Shown here: piece by piece, positions 27,465-41,526 of the stretch
How positions within the stretch are numbered: position 1 is the first letter of the stretch
Layout: the number at the start of each line of letters is the position of its first letter
Notes under the pieces: model-generated
Databases searched by the model: none
Told to the model about the DNA's origin: nothing
What the model saw: the letters and a program-made list of their open reading frames with translations, nothing else
DNA from: Priapulus caudatus
Taxonomy: Eukaryota
Length of the DNA stretch: 64,000 nt
Direction of reading: 5' to 3'
Assembly (NCBI RefSeq): GCF_000485595.1
Contig: NW_014577074.1
Span: 495,110-559,109 of the forward strand
Translations under genes and position numbers: made by a program

Positions 27465-27631
27465 CTTCTGAACTCAAGCAGAGCCTTGGCCGATGATGGC
27501 ACAGAGTAAGCCGGCCAGGAGAGGAAGTGAAACTGGGTGACCGTGCGCGTTTCATTCGTCTGCAGGTTCTTAAGATAGAAGCTTCTCACCAGATAATCGT
27601 CACACCAGATGTGCTCAGACACAAGGTGCAC
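27465..27631 (-). CDS. PTPRN: IA-2/PTPRN-like exon ([55 protein letters not shown])
   Basis: 167 bp; IA-2-diagnostic LVSEHIWC and SWPA. Confidence 0.95.
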
Positions 27632-27951
27632 CTGTATTCATTGGAAATGCAATCACTTAGTGTGCGTGTGCAACTTAAACACACATAAGCTTCATGCTGA
27701 TATTGTTGTCACTAATACTGCCGTTTCAGCTGCTGGTGTTTCAACTCTTGCTGTAGCTTCTGCTACTGTTGCTGCTGCTATGTTTATGACATTTACAGTT
27801 ATTCACACAACTAACACAATAAATGCGTGTTAAAATAACATTCCTAGCATTCCTAGGCGATGCCTTAAAACATGCCAACGTACTGTTGGCATCATATTCT
27901 ACAGGTGCTTCTTGCAATATTCCTGCATACAACGAAATTACATATAACCAC

Positions 27952-28161
27952 CAGGGTTCTGCCTACGGTGGGCGGCGGTGGGCGGGTGTGCCCGGCACTC
28001 GCGGTTGCCGCCCGGCTCGGAATGCAGGAAATTGAGTTTCAGACTATCCAAAATAAAAAAATTCCGGGGGTGTGCCCCCTAACCCCCCTAGATTGGCTTC
28101 GCGCCTACGGCGCTTGCATCCTGGATGCGCCCGGCACTAAAAAATCCTGGGCAGAACCCTG
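27952..28161. mobile_element. hAT-like MITE in an intron
   Basis: Perfect 12-bp TIR cagggttctgcc / ggcagaaccctg. Confidence 0.75.
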
Positions 28162-28291
28162 AAGCACTCCACCAGATAAAGCCTCGTAATCACCCCCTCC
28201 TGCTCGTAACATACAGTAATGTGCCTCACTAATTTGCTACTCTTCCTCATATCAGAGCTCCAGTTGTGCTGCTATTCTCGTTCATTCTCAC

Positions 28292-28489
28292 CTCGTAGAT
28301 GTGATACAGTTCGCTTCCTTCCTCGGGCCAATAGCGATGACACATGGAGACTCCGTTCTCGGTGAGCCGCGTCAGAGTCACGATGACGACGCTGCCCTGC
28401 TCCCACACCATCTGCCAGAAGTCGGCGACCGTGTGCGGCAGAGGTCCCTGCGTGACGATGTATGCCGGGTTTCGTGGGTCGTGGTCCGT
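28292..28489 (-). CDS. PTPRN: IA-2/PTPRN-like exon ([32 protein letters not shown]...[17 protein letters not shown])
   Basis: 198 bp, phase 0/0; PTP motifs YIx[12 protein letters not shown] and CxxYWP. Confidence 0.97.
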
Positions 28490-28903
28490 CTGCAACACAA
28501 CCGATTACACGTGAGCGCGCATACGTAGCCGACGAGTTAATGTGATTGGCCGTGGCATTGCCATTCGGTGGCCCAATCATTGTTGGCAACTTCAGGCTTA
28601 CCTATCAAAGTATATAGTTACTAATGAATTATTTTTGTTATGTCATACTCGTTCTATTTACCACTTAATAAGTCTGAATTATGCGGCTTAAAAAATGCTA
28701 AACTATTTTACAAAAACTAAAACTGAGTTACATACATTTTGCATTTATATTAGCACGTTAGAAGCAAGAGAAGCCAGTAAATACCGGACTATACTAAACA
28801 AACCTATTCAATTAGTAAGTATGAGTGGAAAACATTAAGCAGATGAGACACAAGTTCTGTCCCGGCTCACCCGTATACCACCTAGGAACGTAAGCACACT
28901 TAC

Positions 28904-28977
28904 TATGGTATTTGCATTGATGTAGTCAGAACCGTTGACGTTGGTGCTGTCATTGAGAATCACCCGTGAATGATCGT
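28904..28977 (-). CDS. PTPRN: IA-2/PTPRN-like exon (YDHSRVILNDSTNVNGSDYINANTI)
   Basis: 74 bp; DHSRV and DYINA motifs; catag/gtaagt boundaries. Confidence 0.95.
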
Positions 28978-29107
28978 CTATGAAAGTAGGGAAAAACTTT
29001 ATTGATGTTGACACCAACACACATATGTCTGCTCCCAAAAACCAATCAGTATCCAACTGTTTTGAGACGATGACGGAGAGAGAGATATGGAGAAGGAGAG
29101 AGAAACT

Positions 29108-29252
<145 letters not shown>

Positions 29253-29362
29253 GAGAAGGACAGAGTGAGACAAGGCAAGAGAGAGAGAGACGACATCGGA
29301 GGGACGTCAGCTGATGAGCTCATTACTGTATCATACACAGGCAGCAAGACATCTATACTAAC

Positions 29363-29510
29363 AAGGAGTGGCTTCAGGGAATCTGTTCTTCAGCATGTTC
29401 TGTTCGATCTGGGAGATGGAGTTGTTCGAGGGGTCAGCTTCGTACGCTGTCAGGGCCGTCCACTCCTGCTGCAGCCGGTCTTTGTTCTTCAAATGGTCCT
29501 CCATGTATGC
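29363..29510 (-). CDS. PTPRN: IA-2/PTPRN-like exon (AYMEDHLKNKDRLQQEWTALTAYEADPSNNSISQIEQNMLKNRFPEATP)
   Basis: 148 bp; the YMEDHL.N..RL..EW.AL motif of IA-2; tttcag/gttag boundaries. Confidence 0.95.
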
Positions 29511-31547
29511 CTGAAACAGAAGCAACTCCTTTTCATCCCAACCCTTATACATGACAGATGAACTAATTACGTGCAGGCATGCAAACATGACCAGAATTAA
29601 CAGTTGGTGAACATGTTACAATCTTTATAGTACCGATGTGATGCTTAATGACACTAGAGCATTAAGTAGGTAATGAAATCAGGTAATATATATACGAACA
29701 TAATGTCTAGGAGGAAAGCACATGCCTCAAAGAACTAGCTCATATCACTCTGATACAAACACGCACTCTATGTAGCAAAGCTCAAGGTTTAAACAGACTA
29801 ACTTTCCCTTATAACATGTTAAGCATCAAAGAGGCTTGTCCTGATCGGGCGTAACTTATTGCCAATTTATTAAATTTATCACAAATTGACAATCATATAC
29901 TCGGTTATATTATTCTACTTTTCCTTTCTTACCTAGTTCTATTAAGCATATTTTCACTATTGAATACCTATTTATCTAACTGTAAATTTGTTATGAATCT
30001 AGATCTTGAACTCCCCCCTACATAAGATAAAACAGTCACACATAAAAAAAGCCATATATCACTAGTCAAGTTATAGCAAAGCCTTTATAATTCATCGCTC
30101 ACTCAGTGAATTAGAAATGACGTGGCTGGCTATAAGATCCAATTGGAAATACAGAGAGAGCTTCGCGTGTTACATTTCAAACAAAACACTGCAAGTTGGT
30201 GCATTCACTCTGACAACTGTACCTGGCACTGCCATTTCACAGTTCAACAGTTATGCAGGTGGATAAATCCATAAAATTGTTTTTTGATGCACTGGCTAGT
30301 CCATTTCTTGCAAAAAGAACTGAAAAGCTTCTGTTTTCAAACATAAGAGCAGATGTTCAGCCAGCAAATCAGTTACAGTGATCAGATATCCCAGCCCAGA
30401 GTTCTGCCACTGAACTACAATACGTTCATAGAAATGGACATGATAACCACTACGTTATGCAGCTATAGAGAGCCTGCATGAGCGAGCTACATACCCATTA
30501 GATACAATAAAATAATCCATCAGAGTAGGTATTCCTGTGCCATCAGGCACATAATTCAATTTGTAGTTTCAATTTCTACTATATTATGAGTAAAAAAGGA
30601 TAAAAACAGATCATTTTCATCATCGATCGTATTCTAGAGCTAATTCTAGACATGCGCGGTTGTTTTTGGAAAATGAGAAAAACCTACATTAGGGTCATTA
30701 ATTTCCATGTTTACTCATTTTAAATCATCAGACTTTACAAGACGTTAGACATAATAATTTAATGAAGAAAGGTCAAACATAGCGATGACCTTGGCAATAG
30801 ACAGAATGGCGTGGACATTAGCGAGTTCTGCTAGACTTGCTTAATTAACTCTAGTGTCCAGTAGTGATCGATAATGCTTGCTTCACCCCTCTCCAAGGTG
30901 TTGGTGATGGTAAATGTAATAAGAAGTTGGTACATGCATGTTCAACCAGACATTGATCACACACACGTGGACAGAGACTGTCACCAAGCAAGGCCCACGT
31001 CAGACTATTTGCACAGGCAGCTAGCAAGTTAGCGCTAGTTTACATTTCGCTAATGATACACCCACGTGGAAAGTTTATACAGGTAACACCTGAACATAAA
31101 GCTCCACATCCACGCTCTTCATGCTGTGCGTGTGCCAGCAGGTGTCAGCGGCACCAACACCCGTCCGTGGTAGGCAATGCCATCGCTACATCACATGAAC
31201 GAGCATCTCTCGAAATCGAACTATTTGCACAAGTGTTCGCGTCGTGTAGCTCGTGTCTCGTTTCTAGTATGGCACTTGATACACATCCGAGCACGCAAAA
31301 TGGGCGAAAAAAGCGATAAACGCTACTGCAAATGGCCGCGCAAGTCGTCTGCTAAAAAAACACTTCTTCACAGTGCACTCTACCCCTTGGGGTTGCTATC
31401 GCGCGTGTCAGTGTCGCGCAGATGCCACGACTGCTCGTGGGTTTCCACACAGATGGCTTTCAAGTGCAACTTCATCCATGATTTGCACCACTCGTCGTAA
31501 AATCCCATTGAACCCGATAAGTAACATTATGTACTGAGAATGGGAAC

Positions 31548-32520
31548 AATGAAAGTGTCAATGACACTATAGCTCACATTGGGTGTGATAGAAGAGGGAG
31601 ATGATATTTAAAATTTGGTAAGTGTTTCATTTATGATGGACCAAAAAGTCCAAAATGTGATTAAATGTCCTTATTCCCCGTTTTATACTAAAATTTCACT
31701 GTTTTGTTTCAGGGTTAGTTTTGATGCGAAAATAAATGTTTCAGATCTGAAAGTCTGAAATCTGGGCGAGAGATGGCGCTACACCTAAATGATCGCTATT
31801 TTGGTTTTCGATCGCGCAAATAAAAGCAATAAAATATTCCAGTCAAATTACTGTAACGAAGAATCTAAAACGCAATATTACACGTAGGTATGCTTAGGTA
31901 TGTAGATAGGTAGGTAAATTGAACAAAATCGAATAAATCTAGATGGCCATTTTTATTTTTGCCAAAAAGTGAGTGTGGCTCGAAATTAGGTCGACTGGCA
32001 TGCTCCAAAATAGGACGTTCAAATCCCTCCCATAGGAGTAACAACTGTATGCAATTTGAAACATGTGGGTCAAACGGTTCCTGAGTTATCGTTGACCGTA
32101 GGCAGACACTGAAATGCACAGTAAAATTGGCAAAATCTACCTAATTTGCATAATTAAAAAAAATATCAAAAGCCCTGTGATATGTTTTGGGGCCATTCCT
32201 TATTCATTCATATACCAAAAATGAGCAAAATCCGTTGAACCTGAACTGACTTATGGCCATTTCCATTTTTGTCAAAAAGTGGGCGTGGCTCGAAAGTATG
32301 TCAACTGGCGTGCTCCAAAATAGGACGTTCACATCTCTCCCATAGGAGTAACAACTGTATGCAATTTGAAACGTGTGTCAAATGGTTCTCAAGTTATCGT
32401 TGACCGTAGCCAAATGTTGATGGACAGACGGACGGACGGACGGACGGACGGACGGATGGACGTACGACGGACGACACCCCATGGCAATAGCTCATCTTGA
32501 CGATGTCAAGGTGAGCTAAA
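31548..32520 (-). mobile_element. HINE/Helentron-type non-autonomous element with two internal core repeats
   Basis: Same termini as the 22168 copy. A ~160-bp core (ccaaaaagtg.gcgtggctcgaaa...gttatcgttgaccgtag) occurs at ~31960-32100 and ~32270-32410. (GGAC)n present. Confidence 0.8.
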
Positions 32521-33176
32521 AACGTACGTACCACTCACCAAAGAAATGCGATCTGTCTTCTATCGCGTTTGCGGACATAATGCAACTACCCTACTATTTT
32601 ACGCTGCATTTACAAGCCAAACAGAGTTTATAAATGCGTCTATAATTTAGCGACCACTCTATTCTTACAATTGCACCACAGAGGCAGGAACAATGAGCTA
32701 ATTATAGGTTTCGTAATAACATAATGGAGATTTTAATTTAACGTCAATTACTCAAATCAGCCGTCTAAATTTATGTAACGCGAACGTTTGGATTACAGGT
32801 CTATACTTATCATGCTACATAAACCATGAAGTAGTAAGAATGCGAGAGACATTAAATTAAGATTTACATAAATTAAAATACATACGAAAATAAGTTTGAA
32901 TACATTCTTTATATTAATATATGCTTTACTCTACCTCCCCGGAAATTGAGATAATAGCCCTCCCCCACATTAAGATTAAATGGCAATCCGGTGAGGCCTA
33001 AAACAATACCTAAGTAATTATGTTAACTAATGTCAATAAGTTTTGACTATATTGAGGCCAACCATAAGTTTGATAGATTGGTAATTTGCAGGAAATTCCT
33101 TTAAGCCATAACATAGCTTCGAGTAGGGGAACACACGCTTAGGCGCACGCGCACGTACACGCGGATGCACACGGAG

Positions 33177-33215
<39 letters not shown>

Positions 33216-35590
33216 CGTACACACATACAGCGGATTGATTTTTACCGTGTAATAAACTCTAGCTCTCAACTGAAGTCAGCTAGTGGCTGTGACATCCCCT
33301 AGGTGGCGTGATAAACCAAAACCTACGGGCGTATACCCACATGGTGGACCGCAATCCTCCCTGCATGTGCGCACAACTACCGCAATTGAAATAAATTACC
33401 GCTGCTGAAGCGTGTTACGAATCCGAATCTGAACTGAGATAAATTCGCAATCGTATTTATGCATCGCAGCGCGTGTGCGCGTAGAACCGTGAAACGCAGC
33501 ATCACGATCACGCACTGACAGACTTGATCCCAAACGTCCCTACACATATCGTTAAGCCTCAGCGACTAACGGAGTGAGCCGAATGCACTGCAGACACGCA
33601 CATCATGCATGACCTGTGAAGAATACGACTACCCTAAAGACTTGAGTAACTAAACTAAACTTAACTGTATAACAGGACTCGTTAACTTGAACATTTCAAG
33701 ATAAATACGCTGTTTAAGTTAGAATCCTATCTCAGCCATTAAGTAACTCAACTCAACTTGGGACTCGTTAACTTGATCATTTGTTCAAAGATAAACACAC
33801 CGCGACCGCTTAAATTAAAATCCACACTCAGCTATTGTGGTGACGGCTCAGCAGCTCGCGATTTCTCTATACATATATGCATTTACTTGATTCACGCAAT
33901 TTCTTCCACCTCCCGAGACACGCGGCAATTGTTTTTTTTTTGTGGGGGGGGGGGCTGTACTTTCTGTAATAAGTGGTACGCTATGGGGAGCCACCTGCCA
34001 CTACTCGTGCAGCTTCAGTCCGAATCTTAGATTTCAACGATCAACGGCTGCATCCCCTGAGATTGTACGTGCCACGTCTACGTCATTCATCACGCAGCTG
34101 TCGCCGTGTGCTCGCGGGACCTATTCCCGCGCTCAGCACACGTAATGGCGAATATCAATTTTCTACAGGAGTAGGTGCAGCTCACCGGCTCAATAATTGT
34201 AATAAGTAATTGTTATCTGGACAATTGGTCTGGGTGGATGGGGGGTGGGGCAGTGATTCTTACAAAATCATAAATTGTAGTACATCACCATGAACAGTAG
34301 TAGAGCAGCTAGGTGTGTAGCCGGTCATGGGCTCAAAAAACATCGATAAAACCAGGAGTACGTTGGGAAATCATTTTGAAGATGGGATTAGTAAGATTAG
34401 TAAACGAAGGGAAACACAATTGCATTGAAGCTGGAAAAGCCAATCTAATTCCTAGCGATATTGATATGGATATCATTATCCCGATCACTCTAATCCTTTT
34501 ACCACTTGCTTGCCCCCGTACTTTCCACCTACTCGTATTTCTATAACATGCTTTGAGCAACGCGTTTGAACAAAATCTGTGAACAACACATGTTATTTTC
34601 ACACGCGGTGAAGCAAATGTCCATCCTCCATTGGACGCTTACATGTGGTGCTAACGTACCAAGAAACCTGTCTCACTGTCTCACAAGAAACTGTGATTTA
34701 AGCTACGCAAATTTCATGTTACACAATTTTTAATTACTGCATATTTGTTAGGTAATCGATGAGTACGATTATTTGCAGACATTACAAATCTCTATCACTG
34801 AGCAGTTTACACATTAACAACATTCAATCAGGATGCTTGCTTTCAAATAAAGACATGAAAAATTCATACGTACAGTACTGAAAGCAGATTGGGAAATGGC
34901 ATCAGCAGGCATAGTGTTGGGGGACGTGATTGGCTCGGGAGAGGAGGGGTCAGAACTGTACATGTAATATTTATTTGACACAAATACTCGGGAGAAGAAG
35001 AAATATCAAAATGAGTTTCAGGCCTTGTTTAACCACACACTGCCTATACCCAAACATATAAAGCTCATAAGTAACATGACGTTATTATGTGTTATCAGGA
35101 GTTAATAAAGACAAACTCCTGGTTATTTATTTATTTATTAACTCCTGGTGTTATGTATACTGAGGACACGACATAACACGTGCAACATTCAATGCTTTAT
35201 TACCGACGAGAAATATCATGCTCTCATCTCATAAAGACTGCAGATAGAACTAAGCAAGAACAATAACTACAATAACGCCTATCACTAGAATTTTAGCCTG
35301 TGATAAAATAGCTAGTCATATACCCGCAAAAGTCATGGAAATAGATCAACTATATTCACTATAGCATATCAAAAGTGACGTTTGTTCGATCATTACCAAT
35401 ATGATCTAAAGTGAATCCTTGAGAGTGAGAAAAGAGATAGACGGAGGTGAGAGGAGGGGAGACAGAGAAAGGAAAAGGGAAAGAAAGAAAAAGATAGAGG
35501 CATACAACGAGTAAGAAGGACAGTGAAGGGGAGAGACAGAGAGCCAGATAGAAAGAGAGGGAGAGAAAAACAGCAAGAGAGAGACGGGGG

Positions 35591-35621
<31 letters not shown>

Positions 35622-36087
35622 AACACACGCACGCACGCGAGAGAGAAAGTGGAAGTGAGGGGGAGGAAGGGCGTGGAAAGGGAGGGGGGGGGAGAGCGAG
35701 AGAGAGAGAGAGAAAGACTGGGGCAACAGAGGTATATATATATATTATATATATATATATATTATAATATATAAACGGCCGCCCTAGACATCTGATGGCA
35801 AGAGTGCAATTCCCAGCTGTAAAGTTGATATGTTATACGGGCAACTATTTTAGGCTTTCCTGTCCTAGTGTAATGTATTTTGACATAACGCCGCATATGA
35901 CTCATTGATATGCCGGCCCAAGCTGATGGAACGTTCTGTGTTAAAGGGTGCAACTCTATACCGCTCGTGTAATGTGTAGTGACATAACCAAATAGGACTC
36001 GTTGAACACGCACGCGCAAGTTGATGGCATCGCGTGAGTAAATCTAATGGCAGTGAGCCACACGGACAGCAGTGTGTGCGTGATAAT

Positions 36088-36630
36088 AGGCGCGTTCACA
36101 CGGACGTTTTGGCCCGAGCTTAATTAGCCCGCGCCAGATTTGGCTCGAGCCGAGCGTTCACACGGACGGTTTTTCGGGCCGTGCCAAATTTTGGTCCCAT
36201 CGAAAACGTCGGACCAGGCCCGAGCCAAATTTTAGCACCAGCTTTCGGCAAGCAGTAGAGCGGTAGAATCGGTTGAGCGGTAGATGCCACGAGTGTCGAA
36301 CGTGTACTTCGCCGAAATAAAGTCCAAAACAGTATAAAAATTCGAAAAATTTGATCAGGATGCACGTTTTCAAGATTGATAATTGAACTCGGAACGTAAG
36401 TAAACACTCTGAATCGTACACAACGCCATCTCGCGACATACTGCCAAAGTATCTGTGAGATATTTGTGCAATAAAATTTATTTGAATTTGAATTTGAATT
36501 TGAATTTGACAGACAGTATTCACTTGCGTACGTGTGAACGCTCCGACTCAAACCGGCCCGAGCCAAATTTGGCCCGAGCCAAATTTCACCCATTTGGCTC
36601 GAGCCAAACCATGACCGTGTGAACGCGGCT
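36088..36630. mobile_element. PIF/Harbinger-like MITE
   Basis: TIR aggcgcgttcacacgg / ccgtgtgaacgcggct (15/16), 3-bp duplication AAT on both sides, internal subterminal repeats ggcccgagccaaattt. Confidence 0.8.
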
Positions 36631-36897
36631 AATGAGTTCGATGTGCTGTGCTCACTTCAACCACTCTCACACTTTTCCTGTAGCCCTGCCTTTCTCGACA
36701 ATTTCTTTTGTCTTTTAATTTGATTTTATCATCTACATGATGTGCCGCCGTGCATGATTGCTTTGTGCAAATGCTCCTAAAATACACACGCAGCTGTGTG
36801 CATTAATTGGCATCGCTGATTTCGAGCAGCAAGGGTGATTAATTAATTGCCAGGCAGGAAGGGTGGAAGGGTGGAGGAGAGCGCGGGTACTACTCAC

Positions 36898-36952
36898 CAA
36901 GACAATGTGTCCAGTTGATATGTCCATGTTGGTGGTGGCTGGCTCTTCACTC
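36898..36952 (-). CDS. PTPRN: IA-2/PTPRN-like exon ((W)SEEPATTNMDISTGHIVL)
   Basis: 55 bp; IA-2-diagnostic EEP...NMDISTGH; ttgcag/gtgagt boundaries. Confidence 0.95.
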
Positions 36953-38057
36953 CTGCAACACACGCAAACACAAATCGCTCAGTATGTGCTACACACAGTA
37001 GATGAGCGGGAACCCCACATGAGATACCCAGGCAGACGTAACGGGTGCCCAAAGATTATTGACCGATTCATTACTGACCGCACACACGTGACAATGTTAT
37101 TACACACCTTCCAACGGCTCTTGCGATGTAATGTGACTGCGAAGCCGAGTATCGTGAGTGCACATAGCCAAACGCCGTTACCACGTTCGTCATTGTCGCG
37201 AGGCCACTCAACGCAACTGCGTGTGGATTACCTACGGCTATAGCCTCCACGAGAAAATATTGCATTGCAACAGGAAAATTTCCCATTTTCGAATGGTTGA
37301 TATCCAATTTCACTTACCATCGTGAAATTGCCGTTTAGCAATAGAAGTCTGCATGGTGGAATATTTCTTCCGTAAACAGCCTTCTTATATGAAAAATACA
37401 CCTCATTTTTATTCACCCCTAAAACGTGCTGACCTGTCTAGGAGAAGTGTCTCGTATTTAGGGAGACGTTGGCCTACACCCCATGTTGAAGATTTATCGC
37501 AATTACTTGTGCTTTATAAAATATAATATCAAAGACTCTTTTCCTACTTCGTTTAAACACATTTACTATTTTCCTTTAGAGAAACGTTAAACGATGATAT
37601 CAACTTACGAACGTAGAGACAATAAAGATTTCTCATTAATTTTAGCTTATTACGTTTCATATTTCTTTCCTATATTTTATCATGCACCTGCACATTGCTA
37701 TTACCCGATACATATCTATTACATTTACCAACCCCTGCTATATGAAATGGAACATGCACACACATGCAAAAATCCATATGAAAAATTGAAGCAAATCTAT
37801 TTACACAGTCTTTGCAATTAATTACTTGTTCAGCGAAGCAGAAATGACACGGCTATAAGATCTAGTGGTAAATGATTGAAACACTGCCTGCGTGACTGTG
37901 CTATAGAAAGGTGCATGCACGCGAAGCTCAAGATGTGCGTCACACCCATATATAAATATGTAGAGACACTAGTCTAACTATAGTATCATTTCTATGGTCA
38001 CACCTCATGTTCATAACGCCATCAATGAGACACCGGCTATGCGCGCACCTGCCGCTA

Positions 38058-38160
38058 GCGGCGCTGATCGTCAACTCGGTTACTCAGCAACCCGCAAGTA
38101 AAGTGTTTACAATCACATTGAATAATTGCATTGAATAACCGAGTTGACGATCAGCGCCGC
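38058..38160. repeat. Perfect 25-bp inverted repeat with a 53-nt spacer
   Basis: gcggcgctgatcgtcaactcggtta (38058-38082) / taaccgagttgacgatcagcgccgc (38136-38160). Confidence 0.85.
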
Positions 38161-39874
38161 GCTGCGGATTAGTTCCGCCGGTACCCCATTTGGTGTAGAC
38201 ATGCCCACGTGTCATCGCGACTTCACGAATCAACAACGGCAGTATACACGTTAATGAATCTCTATAAATGTCTTCGCACTACTGCGAGGAGTAATATAAT
38301 GTCAAGAGATAATAATACATATACACAAGTATATACACACATAATACAAAGACTAGTTCTACACTGCGAAAATTAGAAAGTAACATAATCAATCAAAACC
38401 TGATTTAACTGAAGATAAAAGTGCAATCTCCGTTCAAGCTACAATTTAAGTGAATTCTTGTGTTTAATAACAAACCCGACCTGAAACCATGCCAACAACA
38501 AGGGTGTAATTACATCGGGACTATAATTATGTTAACGAGCTCTTTTTTTCATGTATATAAGACTCCAGTGTGCGTAGAAAATGACAACAAATAAGCCCCG
38601 ATCTGTAAATTCACAGCTCAAATAGTGGGTCACTGCAAATAGACCACGGGAGCGCTATACCAAACCTCATCAGAATTCGACAATAATCGATAGGCCAGCC
38701 ATGAGAATCTGGCAATCAGCGATTACACAAAGTCAACACCTTCACAATGTTATTCAATAGTGAAAACGTCCTACAGGAAAATGCGTTAGCATTGCCGAGG
38801 CACGGCCACTGAAATCAGCGTAATGATGGTCACGCACTCCACTCTCATTAACGATTCCAATCAGCATAGGATTAGCATAGGATTTCGATAACAGCAGCAA
38901 GCAGATGACCATGCATGGCGTACGCATGCCTCCAAAAGGCAGCTGCTACAATGCCATTAGTGTTTCTGGTGGCTATAATCTTCCTGTAGCAACTCACTGA
39001 TGGCGATAATAAATAATATTCTCCTATGGCTAATGCATAGTTTCATAGATTCACCGTAGCAGGTACATAATAGTATGGTATATATAGCTAATGGAGTATA
39101 GCTAATGGAGCCTGTGTGGCCTACATAACAACAGCATCACATCCATGGATGCAGGATCGTGCGATGATGTCGTCACCACAGACGCACGAAACGTTTCAAT
39201 AGCAAAATGATGTTAAATCAACACGAAATGTATTAATGTTTTTCTACTCTCTTTCGCCTATTATTGCCGATAATTTCCTGTAAATGCCGTTCAAATGCTC
39301 CTCTGCAGCACACAAGTACGCCGTATAAAAAGTAAGTATACGTAAGCACGCCATCCTCTATAAAGAGCTACATGGTCTGTGCCTGTGGTCGACACAGTCA
39401 AACGTGTGTTAATTAACAATCATCTCTATAGAACGGACACCTCTATACGGTTCCCTCGGACTCGAACGACAGTTTTACAGTGAAACCTGAACCCTCTACA
39501 AAACGAAGACATGAAGTCTATGAAGGCAACTTTTGGAGTTTCTCTTTGATGAGCCTTATACACAAGTTTGATCGTATATGACAACATTGACACTGCGCGG
39601 GAGGTGCGTGGGTGCGCACTTTCCTACCAACCAGGGAGCTGAATCTATAACAACATCCCTATCAACCTACTATACGTAGAACAATGGCACAAATATCAAC
39701 GGCAATTAATCGGAAAGCGATGGAAGACGAACACAGATATACGGGTCATGTAAAACCGGACAGCAGCGCTTGCTGGCCGCGCTGTTCCAATATACTAGTA
39801 TTATGTAGTAGCAGCAGACAGCGCGCGAGTGTGAATATTGAACCTGTTTCAACATACGACGTCATCATCTATCT

Positions 39875-39883
39875 AGCTCTCTC

Positions 39884-39929
<46 letters not shown>

Positions 39930-39977
39930 GAGAGAGGAGAGCGAGAGAGCGGAGAGAGAGAGAGAGATAGGAGAGAG

Positions 39978-40019
<42 letters not shown>

Positions 40020-40165
40020 GAGCGGAGAGAGAGAGTGGGGCAGAGAGAGATGAGAGAGCGAGAGAGAGAGAGAGAGAGAGAGAAGAGAGAGAAAGGAGAG
40101 AGAAAGAGATAAACAGGGATGGAAAAAGAGAGAGAGAGAGCGAGAGAGAGCGAGAGCATGGCGAG

Positions 40166-40243
<78 letters not shown>

Positions 40244-40550
40244 TGAGAGTAGAGAGAGATAGCTAGAGAGAGAGAGCGAGAGAGAGAGAGGAGAGAGAGA
40301 GAAGAGAGAGCTCTTGAGAGACGGAGGAGAGAGAGAAAGAGGCGAGCTGAGAGAGAAGAGCAGAAGAGAGAGAGAGAGAGAGATACTGAGAAGAGAGGCG
40401 AGAGAGAGAGATGAGCGACGAGCAGAGAGAATGCGAGAGCGAGAGAGAGAGCGACGAGTCGAGAGAGAGAGAGAGAGAGAGAAGGAAAGAGGCAGAGAGA
40501 GAGAGGAGAGAGAGAGAGCGAGACGAAGAGAGAGAGAGAAGAGAGAGAAG

Positions 40551-40583
<33 letters not shown>

Positions 40584-40918
40584 CGGAGAGAAAGAGAGAG
40601 AGTAGAACGAGAGGAGAGATGAGACGAGAGAGAGAGAGAGCGGAGAAGGAGAAGAGGAGAGAGAGAGAGAGAGAGATGAGAGAAGAGGAGAGATATTGAG
40701 AGAGAGAGATGAGCGAGAGGCGAGAGAGAGAGAGAGAGAGAAAGAAAGAGAAGGAGAGAGAAGAGAGAGGAGAGAGAGCGACGAGCGAGACGCACGAGAT
40801 GCGAGAGGCCGAGAGATGGAGCGAGAGAGAGCGAGGAGCGAGAGCCGAGAGCGAGAAGCGGAGAGGCGGCGCGAGAGCGAGAGCGAGAGCGAGAGCGATC
40901 GAGGCCGGAGAGCGACGA

Positions 40919-40966
<48 letters not shown>

Positions 40967-40982
40967 CGAGAGAGAGCGAGCG

Positions 40983-41013
<31 letters not shown>

Positions 41014-41037
41014 CGAGAGAGTGGAGAGGAGAGCGGC

Positions 41038-41073
<36 letters not shown>

Positions 41074-41526
41074 GAGAGAAGACGAGGAAGAGAGGAGAGA
41101 GGGCGAGAGAGAGAGCGAGAGAGAGAGACGAGAGGAGAGCGAGAGAGAGAGAGAGAGAGAGCGGAGAGAGAGCGAGGAGAGAGAGAGAGAGAGAGGCGAA
41201 TGGAGCGAGAGGAGAAAAAGAGAGAGAAGAGAGAAAAGGCCGAGAGAGGAAGAGAGAGAGAGAGAGAGGAGATGAGAGAGAAGAGCGAGGCNNNNNNNNN
41301 NNNNNNNNNNNNNNNNACGAGCCAGAAGCAGAGCCGAGACGAAGAGAACCGAGAGAGAGAGAGAGAGGAGAGAGAGTGAGAGAGATGGAGAAGAGAGAGA
41401 GAGAGATTGGCAGCAGAGAGAGAATAAGATACGAGAGAGAAAGGAGAGAGCAGAGGAGCGCAGAGCGAGAGCGGAGAGCGAGAGCGAGAGCACTCTCTCT
41501 CTCTCTCTCTCTCGCTATCTCTCTCC
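39875..41526. repeat. ~1.6 kb degenerate (GA)n tract flanked by (TC)n, with a 25-N gap
   Basis: Direct reading; source of the 470-550 aa SL/ER pseudo-ORFs. Confidence 0.95.
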
